From IMG/VR virus record IMGVR_UViG_3300020042_006582, positions 1-37,563 of that record: a DNA stretch of 37,563 nucleotides, one strand, 5' to 3'. The translations under genes and the position numbers were made by a program. Every line of letters begins with the position of its first letter. Positions within the stretch are counted from its first letter, which is position 1. Of this stretch, positions 1 to 9,992 are shown piece after piece. The notes below the pieces were generated by a model. The model did no database searches, was not told where the DNA came from, and was given only the letters and a program-made list of their open reading frames with translations. The stretch comes from a virus (lineage: Duplodnaviria > Caudoviricetes).

Positions 1-2450
1 TTATAAAGTTCTATTGCTTTTTGTTCAATAGCATCATTAGTGAATTGGGCTTCATTTGAGCCTTCTTTTTCGCTTACTAACGCTTTTAATGCGTTAGACT
101 TCATTTCTTCTTTTTTCTGCTCAGAAACTACGTCTAAAACAGTTGTTTTTCCTTCTACTATTTTTTTTCTTAATTCTTCGCTTTTTAAAAATTGTTCTTT
201 TAAATTATTTAAAGCTATTTGTTTAGTTTCTTTTGAAAGAGATTTATCATTTTTAATAGATTCTGCTTTAACTCTTAAATTTGATGAATTGTATTCTAAT
301 TCTAATACTTTTCTTTTTTGTTCTTCATCTAAACCATCAATTGATTTAATTACATTGTTTAAAATATCATTGCTTTCTGTTGCTTTTAAATCTAAACTAT
401 TTTGTATAGTTCTTTTTGACTCTTCTGATAAATTAGTGTTTTGTAACTCTTTTGTCAACCTTTCTATTTCCTTAGCGTTTTGGTCTAGTTTACTAGAATA
501 TTCCTTTTTAATAAAAGGGTTCATACTTGCTACAACTAAGTGCGGAGAAGTACTTAACATGAATGACATAGTAGCACTATCTTTCATTGTTTTTATAAAG
601 TCGTCTGTAAGATTTACATCTTTATCATTTAAAATATATTTTTTAGTTGCATTAGTTAAAAATGTTGTAGCTGTTTCCTCAAACATTTCTGTACCTATTT
701 GTTTAGGTATTTCTAATGATGAACTTTTAATTTTATCTGTTATAGATTGTTTTAGTAATGGTCTTAACTCTCCTTTAGCTAAACTTGCCCCTACTAATCT
801 TTTCCCTTTAAAAATAGTATTTATAGTTCCTGATTCAATAGAATTTGCTAATCCAACACCTAAAGAAGCCATATACATTTGCCCTGTAGTATAATTTGAT
901 TTCCCCTCAGTATTTGATTGAACTAATCTATTCATTTCATTACCTGCTGAATATCCACCAACTGTAGATAAAGCCAATGCTTTTCCGCCAATACCTCCGG
1001 TGGTTGTCATTAGTAATAAATTTGGTGCTTGGTCTGTAAGTAAATCTGTTACATAATCTTTAGCGTCTTCAAATCCTTGAAAACCTTTTGTTTGTTTTCT
1101 GAAATTTTCTTGTAAATTAGTATTAATATTTTTTTGAACATTAGCCAACTCTAATGCCGTAATATTACTTACAGGGTTGCTTGAATTTGCCATATTAGCA
1201 AAACTTGATAGTCCTACTCCTATGTTTGTCAGATTTAAAGCAAATCTTTCCATACTACCTGCTACACTATAATCTCTTTTTAACGCGTCTGCTTCTTGTT
1301 CTACAGTCCCTAGTTTTTCGCTATTATTTAGGTAAGTAGAATAATATTTATTATAATCCTCTTGTGCTTTTTTTACGTTTTTTTCATATTGTTGTGTGTA
1401 TAAAACTTCCTCCTCAGATAAACTCTCTTTATTGTTAAATTTATCTATAATAGATTGCATACGATTATTTGAAGATTCAATATCGTTTTGTTTTAACGTA
1501 AGGATGTCTATATAGTACTTGTCCTTTTCTGTTCTATCTGCTTTTTCCTTTTGTTTTTCTTTTAATATAATATTCTTTTCTTCTTCTGGAAGATTATCTA
1601 GGTAGTCATTAAATTTAACAAGTCTTGCGTTATCAATTTTTTCATCTAACAACATTTTTTTTGCTCCTTCAAAAACTTCTTTTTCTGTTATATCAGATTC
1701 TTTTATTCCTTTTTTAATTAATTGTTTTTTGTATTCTGTTTTTTTATCAAATAATGGATCTGAACTTCCTGTTAGTGGGTTTAAAAGTATAGGATTTAAA
1801 GTAGAAACTGCATTAATAGCATCTTGTCCGTATTTTTTAATATTATTCCAAATACCATCTACATTTGCTTCGTCTTCTGTTTCTTTTTGAAATAACTGTT
1901 TTTCTTCTTCCGATAAAGCCGTATTATTTTCCCAATCAGAAACCAATCTTTGCTTAACTTCATTTTTCTTTGTTTCATAATTAGAAACATTTTTAAACAT
2001 ATTAGCATCTGCTATTTCTTGAAACCCTTGTGGTAATGGTGCTATTTCTTGTTTTGTGTTTTCTGATAAAATCTGTTTATCAACTTTAGTAGTAACAGAA
2101 ATATCCTCTCTATTAATCTCTTTTGGAGTAATAGGAGGAGTTTTTTTAATAGCTTTAGCATAAGCTACTTCTTGTGATTTAGAAGACTTTTGGCTTTTTG
2201 GAGTTAATGCTAATAAATCATCAACTGTTTTTGGTGTACCCGAAGAACCAACTTTCTTTCCCGAAACCAATTTTGGATCTGGTGTGATAGATGTTGATGT
2301 AGTACCAACTTTTTTTTTTACAGGTTCTTCACTTCCAAACTGTTTAATAAAAGCATCTTTCATTGCTAAAATTTCTTCTTTGCTTTTTCCGGCTTGTGCC
2401 ATCTTAGAAGCATTTTCATTTAGCTTTTTTAATTTATCAGGTTGTAACAT
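1..2450 (-). CDS. Large internal virion (ejection/cargo) protein, N-terminal part; truncated by the left window edge
   Basis: Absent from the ORF track, probably because it has no stop in the window. Manual translation of both ends from ATG at 2450 (MLQPDKLKKLNENASKMAQAGKSKEEILAMK...IEQKAIELY) is in one frame; the middle was spot-checked. Has a Gly-rich hydrophobic segment (LLLMTTTGGIGGKALALSTVGG) followed by long coiled coils. Lies downstream of nozzle, GNAT-like and small internal virion genes, as in podoviruses. Confidence 0.75.
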   Translation of the reverse strand, partial: MLQPDKLKKLNENASKMAQAGKSKEEILAMKDAFIKQFGSEEPVKKKVGTTSTSITPDPKLVSGKKVGSSGTPKTVDDLLALTPKSQKSSKSQEVAYAKAIKKTPPITPKEINREDISVTTKVDKQILSENTKQEIAPLPQGFQEIADANMFKNVSNYETKKNEVKQRLVSDWENNTALSEEEKQLFQKETEDEANVDGIWNNIKKYGQDAINAVSTLNPILLNPLTGSSDPLFDKKTEYKKQLIKKGIKESDITEKEVFEGAKKMLLDEKIDNARLVKFNDYLDNLPEEEKNIILKEKQKEKADRTEKDKYYIDILTLKQNDIESSNNRMQSIIDKFNNKESLSEEEVLYTQQYEKNVKKAQEDYNKYYSTYLNNSEKLGTVEQEADALKRDYSVAGSMERFALNLTNIGVGLSSFANMANSSNPVSNITALELANVQKNINTNLQENFRKQTKGFQGFEDAKDYVTDLLTDQAPNLLLMTTTGGIGGKALALSTVGGYSAGNEMNRLVQSNTEGKSNYTTGQMYMASLGVGLANSIESGTINTIFKGKRLVGASLAKGELRPLLKQSITDKIKSSSLEIPKQIGTEMFEETATTFLTNATKKYILNDKDVNLTDDFIKTMKDSATMSFMLSTSPHLVVASMNPFIKKEYSSKLDQNAKEIERLTKELQNTNLSEESKRTIQNSLDLKATESNDILNNVIKSIDGLDEEQKRKVLELEYNSSNLRVKAESIKNDKSLSKETKQIALNNLKEQFLKSEELRKKIVEGKTTVLDVVSEQKKEEMKSNALKALVSEKEGSNEAQFTNDAIEQKAIELY

Positions 2451-2468
2451 ATATGTTTTTTTAGTAGC

Positions 2469-3977
2469 TTAGTCTATAATATTTCCTTCCGCATCAAACT
2501 GAATGGTTTTTGCAGGTGTTGTTTTTTTAGTAGTTGTTTTAGCTTTTACCTTTGGTATGCTTTTAGGCTTTCTTTCGTTTGGAGTGGTAATAAATTTATT
2601 TCCTCCTGAACGAGCTATCATGTCCTCTTTAAACTCATTAGCGCCTGCATAACCTAATTTTTGTGCGTATCTTCCAATTTGGTCTCCATCTTTTCCAAAA
2701 TCTAACATTTGAACTTCAATTAATTTAGAAGTTGTACTTTTAGTTCCGTCGTCATTTTTTTCTGTTTGTGAACCAACACCATGTTTTTCAACACGAAGAT
2801 ACATTTTTCCGCCTGAGTTTACATAAACATTAGTTGCTTTTGTTTCTGTTCCGCCTGCATTTTTAATAATTGCATTAGTTATAGGGAAATCTTTAGCTCC
2901 TTTTTGTAATTTAACATTATCTTTTAATCCTGCTTTTATTACGATAGAAGGTTGTTTTATATTAGGTTTTTTATCATTTTCTTCCGCATCTGCTTTTGCT
3001 TTGGCTTCCGCGTCTTTCTTTCTTTGGTAATATTCGTCGTCTCTTCCTGCGCTGTAGTTAGCTCCTTGCAAGGCTTCATCAACAAATTTTTCAGGAGCAT
3101 ATAAACCATTGTAAAGGTTTTTTAAATATTCCTTGTTTGCTTCTATTTCTTTTGGGTCTGTAACATCTGGAATTACTCTACCTGTTCTTTTGTAGTTAAT
3201 AATAGCCATTTGATTTCTGTCTTTTAAAGTTGAATTAACTTTTTCATTAATAGCTGTTTCAATTTCCGGAGCAGTTCCTTTATTCCCTATTTTTAAATTG
3301 TTTTTAATTTCTTCATTTAAAACTTTAGGATATGTTTTTACAAAGTCGGATAAATCTTTGTCTAAATCGTAGTCGGTTATTGGAGTGAAAGTTTTTACCC
3401 CAAATTTCGATAAATCTGATACTTCAATAATATTATCATTATCATCATATAAAACAGATTCAAAAGTTCCGTCGTCTTTTAGATTTAAGCTAATATTATT
3501 TTTATCGTAAGCGTTTCCTGCATTTGCCATATATTCTGCAAAAGCCGGATTAACTTTGCCTTCTTTTATCTGATTAGAAGCTTCTGCCGATTGTGCATTT
3601 ATTCTTTTTGCTGATTGGTCGATATTATCAACTTGTGATTTTGCGTTTGCATAAAAAGTATCGTAATCTAATTTAGATATTTTACCTTGTTTATACAGAT
3701 TCGCTTTTTCTGCAACTGCATTTCTCAACTTATGTGTTGCGTCAATAATTAAAGCGTTTTGTGTAGAAAACCTAGTGGTATCAGAAGATATTTTCCCTAA
3801 ACCGGCATTGATTTCATTATCTATTTTTTCTTTTTCAACTTTAGCTTCGTCTTCTTTTACTTTTCTTTCTTGTCTAAAACGATAAGCGTTATCTTGTGCG
3901 TTTTGCATAGCTCCGCCTAAATAGTTTTGTGATCTATTTATTGTTGCATATCCGCCACCTGCTTTTCCTACTGCCAT
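2469..3977 (-). CDS. Putative internal virion/ejection protein (502 aa)
   Basis: Helical, charged protein with a Gly/Ala N-terminus and a Lys/Thr-rich tail; position within the ejection-protein block. Confidence 0.55.
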   Translation of the reverse strand: MAVGKAGGGYATINRSQNYLGGAMQNAQDNAYRFRQERKVKEDEAKVEKEKIDNEINAGLGKISSDTTRFSTQNALIIDATHKLRNAVAEKANLYKQGKISKLDYDTFYANAKSQVDNIDQSAKRINAQSAEASNQIKEGKVNPAFAEYMANAGNAYDKNNISLNLKDDGTFESVLYDDNDNIIEVSDLSKFGVKTFTPITDYDLDKDLSDFVKTYPKVLNEEIKNNLKIGNKGTAPEIETAINEKVNSTLKDRNQMAIINYKRTGRVIPDVTDPKEIEANKEYLKNLYNGLYAPEKFVDEALQGANYSAGRDDEYYQRKKDAEAKAKADAEENDKKPNIKQPSIVIKAGLKDNVKLQKGAKDFPITNAIIKNAGGTETKATNVYVNSGGKMYLRVEKHGVGSQTEKNDDGTKSTTSKLIEVQMLDFGKDGDQIGRYAQKLGYAGANEFKEDMIARSGGNKFITTPNERKPKSIPKVKAKTTTKKTTPAKTIQFDAEGNIID

Positions 3978-3988
3978 AATTTATATTT

Positions 3989-4600
3989 TTAAACTCCGTA
4001 TCTTGGGTTTCTAGTTCCTCTTGTAGCTAGTTTTTTGGTAACTACAGAATTAGGTGTAGTTGTTGCATCTATTTTTGAAGATGTTGGGCTTAAAGAGTTT
4101 CCTACATCTGATAATCCTTGAAAGGTATTAGCTATTGATTGATTTTTAGCGTCATTTGCAGTATCTATTTGAGAAGATAAACCGGCTACATCATCTTGGT
4201 AACGCTTTTCCTTTACTCCTTGTATTCTGCGATTATCTTCTGCTTTTAATTTGTCTATATCTTTTTGTTGTTCGTCAAGACTAGCTCCAATTTCTGCATT
4301 AACCGCGTTATTGTTTTCTTGTATTTTTCCAACTGAACCAATAATAGATCTCGATCCACCTCCTCTTACAGCATCCATAGCGGAAGCTGTGTTTCTTCCG
4401 GCTTCTGTTTTTCTTAAATCAGCTCCTCTAGTTGATACTTGTAGATTTTCAGCAACATTTGTTAGCTCAGGAGCTTGAAGTGCTTCTAGTGCTTTTTGTG
4501 CTGATTTTTTTTTCCTACCTTCACTTATAGCGTTAACTAGACTAATACCTGCTCCTACTCCTGCTGTAATTGGCGATGCCATTGATGCTCCTTTTCCCAT
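3989..4600 (-). CDS. Putative small internal virion/ejection protein (203 aa)
   Basis: Gly/Ala-rich hydrophobic N-terminus (ITAGVGAGISLVNAI) then Gln/Asn-rich coiled coil, typical of podovirus ejection proteins; directly after the GNAT-like gene. Confidence 0.6.
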   Translation of the reverse strand: MGKGASMASPITAGVGAGISLVNAISEGRKKKSAQKALEALQAPELTNVAENLQVSTRGADLRKTEAGRNTASAMDAVRGGGSRSIIGSVGKIQENNNAVNAEIGASLDEQQKDIDKLKAEDNRRIQGVKEKRYQDDVAGLSSQIDTANDAKNQSIANTFQGLSDVGNSLSPTSSKIDATTTPNSVVTKKLATRGTRNPRYGV

Positions 4601-4602
4601 TG

Positions 4603-5001
4603 TTATAATGTTTTAAAATATTGAAACGCTCCAGTATCGCCACTAACGAAACCATTGTTCTCAAAAGATTTTATTATTGTTTCTGTTGTTGTTGTTGAAA
4701 ATAAAGATAAATAATTTTTAGTTTTAGCATATTTTACTACACGTTCTATCAAACTATCCAAACCTCCTTTTTTTATTTTATAGTTTGCTTTTTTATTTGA
4801 AACTATAAATGCTATGATTGCAATTTTTGAATCCGTATGCCAAAAAGGACAAGCATAAATTGGAGTTTCATCAGCATAACACACAAAGAAGTTTTCTGGC
4901 ATAATTGAAGCACAATTTGTTGGAAACTTGTGTTCCTCCATCCACTTAATATATGTTGGTAAAAATTCTTCTTTCGAATGTTTTCTAACTATTAATTCCA
5001 T
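4603..5001 (-). CDS. Putative GNAT-fold acetyltransferase-like protein (T7 gp13-like position)
   Basis: 132 aa alpha/beta pattern (AIIAFIVSNK...GLDSLIERVVKYAKTKNY...IIKSFENNGF) resembles GNAT motifs A/B; sits between nozzle and internal virion genes. Confidence 0.55.
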   Translation of the reverse strand: MELIVRKHSKEEFLPTYIKWMEEHKFPTNCASIMPENFFVCYADETPIYACPFWHTDSKIAIIAFIVSNKKANYKIKKGGLDSLIERVVKYAKTKNYLSLFSTTTTETIIKSFENNGFVSGDTGAFQYFKTL

Positions 5002-8000
5002 TTATTTCGGATTTGATATTTGAACTTCACAGCCTAAAGTAAATATTTCTGTTTTCTTGTTTGTATCTAAAGTAGCAGTAACTAACATTGCTGTACCTAA
5101 TAAATTGTTGTTTTCAATACTTTGTGGTTTGCAACACAAAACAAAATCTCCATTAATAATATTACTTACTGAGTTCAAAGATAGTGAATTATTTGTTTTA
5201 TTTAAAATAGTTCCTACTAATTCCATATTAGTATTTCTTATTTCGTCTCCTACGGAAACTTCTGACTCTAATTCAAAGTCAAAATTTAAGTCTAAACCAC
5301 TAATTGTACAGTTTCCAATACCTTGATAAGCCCCTATCAAAGAAGTGTCTTTTACATCATTATTGTTTCTTAAAAAGGCATAATACATATTTTCCTCTTT
5401 GTGGAAATCTGCTTTATTAATATATCCTTTGTTTAAATCAGTTTCCGCTAAAATATCCCACGCGTCTGTTCCGTCAATAGAAATTGCTTTATGGTTTTTT
5501 CTAATAGAAGGCTCTTCATTTACAACATAAGAAAATTTACTTGGATATTGAACTCCAAAGAAAGTATTATAATTATCCAATAATCCGTTTGTAGCTTGGT
5601 TTCCTTTGTACACATTTCCGTTTTTAAAAGAAATAAACTCGTTATTAACTCTAATCATATCATCTGGATTAAAGCTAATTTTACCTAGCCAACCGTTGTC
5701 TGCGTCAGAATAAACCCAAGTTTCAAATTGATTACTACCATATTTAATATTTAGAATATACATATCATTAAATTGATCGTATTTCCCATTAATTAAACAA
5801 TCTGGATTATCTCTAAATAATTTTCTAAAATGATGTTTTTGTCCTTGTGTTGTAATTTCAAAAATACCATTGTTTGCTTTTTTACAAACAGTTCCTCTTT
5901 TCACATCTGCAAAATAATCATTAAATGTATCGGAATCATAACTTTCTGGATGTTCGCTTATTCCGTTTTCTCCTTTATACGTATTCTGCTGTGTTAAAAC
6001 ATCTTCTGTTTGGGTTACTTGTGAATCTCCATCTGCTGTAGTAAGAACATTTTTTCCGTATAAAACGTAACTTATTTTATCTTCTTGATAAACTTCTAAA
6101 TCGGTATCTTTTCCAATAATCTTATTAATAGCTCCGTAGTTTGCTTCTATGTCGTCTTTGAAGTTTGCTAACGACAAATTAAACTCATTAAGTCTATTTA
6201 CGTTTGTTGTTGAGTTATAAACTCCAGAATAAGTAATGTCTTTATATCTATTTACTTCTCCGTATTCATCTTCTGAAACTGCTGTTGGACTAAAATCAAT
6301 AGCTAAACTTTGTTCGTTGAAAGCGTCTCTAATTTGAAAACTTTCAACTCCATTTCCTTGACAAAAACAATTATAAGTTTCTGTAAGTAAGTGATTAACC
6401 ATTTCATGTTCCCCATCAATTACATTGTATATTTCAGGAGTTTCATAGAAAATCTCGTTTCGTATTTCTTTTGCCGTTTTCTCAAAAATGAACAAATTAG
6501 AAACAATTCTTACATCTGCTCTTGCATAAATACGACCATATCTTGAACCTGCTCCGCTTTCTGTTCCATTAATTTGTAACCATAAAAACCCTGCCGGATT
6601 AGGTGTAATAGAAATTACTTGTCCACCTGATGTAACAGGAATACCTCTTATTAAATCGACAAAATATGTTTTATCAGGATGTGAAGTAGATTGAAAACCT
6701 GCCGGTTGAATTTGAGCGTCATAAAACTCTTTAAAATTGGCATAGTTTTGTTGTGCTGTATAATCCCTATTGAATAAAACTCTAGGGTCTTCATTCGCGT
6801 AATCACTTCTAAAGTTTAGGTTTATTGTTGAGCCTTGTGGAAATTCTTTATCTACCATGACTCCTGTAGGGTCAAGTTCCGCAAAATTCCCTAAAAAAGC
6901 AGAAGGAACTCCCGATGTCGTTTGTGAATAATCATCCATAAAGAAAAATTCTCCATCGGAATAATTCATTTCAAAATTCAATGATTTTATTTTAGCGTAC
7001 AATCCAGAAGGCTCTATAATAGATGTTGAGCCTGTTGTTAAAAAGTTTGTTGGCTGTTCTTTTATATCTAATATTTTTACTCTAATTGGAGTTGAAAGAA
7101 ATCCTGTTCCGTCTCTTTTTACAATTAAAATATCTCCATCATTAACTTTGTTTTTATTTTCTCCATCAAGTTTAATCCATCGATAAAGTCCATCAACAAA
7201 AAATATATTAATTGGAATAGTTTCAAATATGCCTTGATTAATTTTTATTCCGAATTTATATGTTTTAGCCCAAGTTGGAGGTTTTTGTGTTGTAGGTATG
7301 TTTACTTGTATTTGATTTTGAGTTATTGCATTTTCATTTGGAATAAACAATGTGTTTTTAGAACTTGTCAAAGCCGTTGTTTTTCTAACTTGCAAATCTC
7401 TATAAATCATACAAATCTCGTAACTTCTAAAAGATTTTAAAGATGTAGCTACCGATACTGTATTGTAACTTGCTAAACTAAAATTATCAGCAAAATAGTC
7501 CCTTACAAATGTATTTGGATCAGGAGTTTCATCAATTTCATATTTTATAGCAGGAAAAGTAAGTGTTAAAACATTTCCTAAGTTAGACGCTTCAAATCCT
7601 TTTAATACTGTATATGGAGGTAAATAATCCACAGGAGGAACAACTCCTCCGTTATTCTCAAAATAAGTGGTTAATAAGTCTAATTGGTCTTGTAAAGTAG
7701 AATTTGTTACTAAGTCAGATAAGTCCGTATAATCTCTATCCAATGTAAATTTAAAATCATTTACAAACTCCAAGTTTAATACATTGCTTTTTAGCTTAAA
7801 AGTTATTGATAATGAGTTGTTTTTCTTATATTGTGTTAGTCCTAAATCAATTTCAATTTTCCCTTTTAGTAAGGTTATTGGAACTGCATCAAAACTATAA
7901 TTTATAGATAACTCTTCTGTGATTAATTGAGTATTGTCAATGTTGTTAGAAACTAATTCTAATTCATAATCCATTACGACCTTATCTCCGTTTTTATCAA

Positions 8001-9018
8001 TAAGATTTTTACCTTCTTTGTAGTTTGCAAATCCGACTCTATTCCCTATTGGAGATTGAGCGATTGCCATTTCAGGAACGTTATCGTAACTTCTTGAATA
8101 TTGATCCGTTGGTAATATTCCATAAACTTTTGAGTTATTGAACTCTAATGTTTGGATTGTGTTATTTCCCCATCCTTCTTCTGATTTAATATAAGTATCA
8201 ACTTTATAAATAGTAGTTTCATTGGAAAACTTAAACACTACATCAATTGCTTCTACTTCTCTTTCTCCTGTATTAAAAGATATGTTTAAAGCATTAAAAC
8301 TATTTAACATTCCTAGATTTTCGAATGTTTCAAAATCTAAGTTGTATGTTTTTGGTTCAAAAAAATACTTACTCCAACTAGAAATAGCTGAGTAATATCC
8401 ATCTTTGTATTTGTATCTTGTAGCAAAACAAATAAATTTATCTTCTAAATAATTTGCTTGTGCGTTTTCTGTAGATATAATTGGATTTAAAACAGGAGAA
8501 TATGTTGGTGGAGCTTTAATTAGCATAATTTCTTCTGCTGTAAAACCGTCTATTCCCCAAGTTTTCATTCTTTCAATATTACCTATTCTTGGAGGGTTTG
8601 TGTCTCCACTCCATGCAATAAGGTTTCCGTTCCCTTCTGGATCAATAAAAACATCTATGTTTGTGATTCTTTCGCCTGTTTTAAGGTTTAATCTTGTTCC
8701 GGTTGTAGATTGTAGGACAACAACATTTGCGTTTGTTACAACGTCATATTCCATTAAATAATCATACTGAGTAGCTTTAACGAAATAGTAAACTTTATTA
8801 TTTGATGAATCTTTACCTGCTCCGTAACTCTTACCTCCTAAAAACTCATTATTAGCTACTAAAACATTTCCTAAAACATTCTTTCCTAAGCCAACATCTT
8901 TACCTCCTGTTGTGACAACAAAGAAGTTCTCAGTTTCAACCATAGTTCCGTTAGGCAAAAGTCGATATGCTATGTCAGAATTAGTAATTCCGGTAGTAAA
9001 GTTATTTAGTATCTTCAT
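5002..9018 (-). CDS. Tail nozzle/muzzle (tail stabilization protein)
   Basis: About 1340 aa, beta-rich; N-terminus MKILNNFTTGITNSD...LPNG; motifs WSGDTNPPRIGNI, FATRYKYKDGYYSAISSWS, GNRVGFANY, NGVESFQIRDAFN, GISEHPES recalled from crAss-like stabilization proteins. ATG at 9018 preferred over the track's TTG at 9057. Confidence 0.8.
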   Translation of the reverse strand: MKILNNFTTGITNSDIAYRLLPNGTMVETENFFVVTTGGKDVGLGKNVLGNVLVANNEFLGGKSYGAGKDSSNNKVYYFVKATQYDYLMEYDVVTNANVVVLQSTTGTRLNLKTGERITNIDVFIDPEGNGNLIAWSGDTNPPRIGNIERMKTWGIDGFTAEEIMLIKAPPTYSPVLNPIISTENAQANYLEDKFICFATRYKYKDGYYSAISSWSKYFFEPKTYNLDFETFENLGMLNSFNALNISFNTGEREVEAIDVVFKFSNETTIYKVDTYIKSEEGWGNNTIQTLEFNNSKVYGILPTDQYSRSYDNVPEMAIAQSPIGNRVGFANYKEGKNLIDKNGDKVVMDYELELVSNNIDNTQLITEELSINYSFDAVPITLLKGKIEIDLGLTQYKKNNSLSITFKLKSNVLNLEFVNDFKFTLDRDYTDLSDLVTNSTLQDQLDLLTTYFENNGGVVPPVDYLPPYTVLKGFEASNLGNVLTLTFPAIKYEIDETPDPNTFVRDYFADNFSLASYNTVSVATSLKSFRSYEICMIYRDLQVRKTTALTSSKNTLFIPNENAITQNQIQVNIPTTQKPPTWAKTYKFGIKINQGIFETIPINIFFVDGLYRWIKLDGENKNKVNDGDILIVKRDGTGFLSTPIRVKILDIKEQPTNFLTTGSTSIIEPSGLYAKIKSLNFEMNYSDGEFFFMDDYSQTTSGVPSAFLGNFAELDPTGVMVDKEFPQGSTINLNFRSDYANEDPRVLFNRDYTAQQNYANFKEFYDAQIQPAGFQSTSHPDKTYFVDLIRGIPVTSGGQVISITPNPAGFLWLQINGTESGAGSRYGRIYARADVRIVSNLFIFEKTAKEIRNEIFYETPEIYNVIDGEHEMVNHLLTETYNCFCQGNGVESFQIRDAFNEQSLAIDFSPTAVSEDEYGEVNRYKDITYSGVYNSTTNVNRLNEFNLSLANFKDDIEANYGAINKIIGKDTDLEVYQEDKISYVLYGKNVLTTADGDSQVTQTEDVLTQQNTYKGENGISEHPESYDSDTFNDYFADVKRGTVCKKANNGIFEITTQGQKHHFRKLFRDNPDCLINGKYDQFNDMYILNIKYGSNQFETWVYSDADNGWLGKISFNPDDMIRVNNEFISFKNGNVYKGNQATNGLLDNYNTFFGVQYPSKFSYVVNEEPSIRKNHKAISIDGTDAWDILAETDLNKGYINKADFHKEENMYYAFLRNNNDVKDTSLIGAYQGIGNCTISGLDLNFDFELESEVSVGDEIRNTNMELVGTILNKTNNSLSLNSVSNIINGDFVLCCKPQSIENNNLLGTAMLVTATLDTNKKTEIFTLGCEVQISNPK

Positions 9019-9115
9019 TGATTTGTATATAAAATTTTCCGTTTTCGTCTTTAACAAAAACTACCTCGCTATTTTCTACTGCGTTTTTCCAAACAAAATT
9101 ACCTCTTACTATCAT
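9002..9115 (-). CDS. 37-aa mini-protein homologous to an internal segment of the large terminase
   Basis: MIVRGNFVWKNAVENSEVVFVKDENGKFYIQINEDTK*. Its ATG overlaps the upstream TGA (ATGA coupling at 9112-9115) and it fills the gap to the nozzle gene. Shares VRGNFVWK with TerL residues 602-609. Confidence 0.65.
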   Translation of the reverse strand: MIVRGNFVWKNAVENSEVVFVKDENGKFYIQINEDTK

Positions 9116-9990
9116 TGTAGCCAATTTTTACGTTTATTTAAAAGAAACATTATGTCTGTAAATCTAATGTTCATTAATTTTATAGTCGCGTTACGGTTTA
9201 AGGCTGTATATTCTTTTTCGGCTCTTCTAACCACATATTCTTGTACTTTGTCGGCATTTGTAAGTAATTGCCATTTAACATAAGCATATAAAGCAGTTTC
9301 CGCTATTTTATTTACTTTAATATCGGCATCGTCCGCGTGTTCTAATCCATCGGAAATATACTCTAGCATTATTACTTTACTTAGAGCATCTGAGCTAAAA
9401 TGAAAACCTGCATCTGTGATGTTAAAACTACCATTAATGTTTTTAGACACATCTAATCCGAAATCAGTTGCTCTGTTTACTCCTGTACGATTATGATGTG
9501 CGTCATTAAAACAGTTTGGGTCAAACTCGTAACTAATAATGTTTTGTTGGCTTTCTAGTTCCGCGTTCATTGTTGAGCCTTCTAATACAAAACCATCTTG
9601 GTCGAATAGAATATTTGCGTTTTGGTCTTGAAGATATGCGGTATAAGTGTTTAAATCTTGATTAATGCTCATTGGCATTAATTTTCCTGTAACTGGATGT
9701 ACGTATGAAACTCTTACCCAATTTACGTAGTTTGGTGGGTAAATAGCTGTTAAAGTGTCGTTTAATTCCAACTCGCATCCTTTAGTTTCCCCTAAATTAC
9801 TAAAATTAAATTGACGAATACCTTGTTTCATTTGGTAAATTACTTTTCTACGAGGAATCTGTCCAATCAAAGTTCCGTCTCCGGTTTGGTTGTCCATGAA
9901 GTTATTCACTAGATTTAACAAGGAAACATATTTGTAATTTCCATGATTTGATTCAGTTTCGTAATATTCTTGTGGATTCTGACTAGCCAT
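9112..9990 (-). CDS. Tail ring/adaptor structural protein (292 aa)
   Basis: Motifs PPNYVNWVRVS, FHFSSD, IMLEYISDGL, KVNKIAETALYAY recalled from the crAss-like ring protein preceding the muzzle gene; synteny. Confidence 0.7.
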   Translation of the reverse strand: MASQNPQEYYETESNHGNYKYVSLLNLVNNFMDNQTGDGTLIGQIPRRKVIYQMKQGIRQFNFSNLGETKGCELELNDTLTAIYPPNYVNWVRVSYVHPVTGKLMPMSINQDLNTYTAYLQDQNANILFDQDGFVLEGSTMNAELESQQNIISYEFDPNCFNDAHHNRTGVNRATDFGLDVSKNINGSFNITDAGFHFSSDALSKVIMLEYISDGLEHADDADIKVNKIAETALYAYVKWQLLTNADKVQEYVVRRAEKEYTALNRNATIKLMNIRFTDIMFLLNKRKNWLQ

Positions 9991-9992
9991 TC

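Noticed and set aside
40-894. 284-aa plus-strand ORF
   Set aside because: Phe/Ser/Leu-rich antisense shadow of the real minus-strand virion gene (1-2450).
1-2450. Calling the truncated large gene a virion RNA polymerase
   Set aside because: No DxDxD catalytic motif in the parts read; the C-terminal portion is outside the window, so this cannot be supported.
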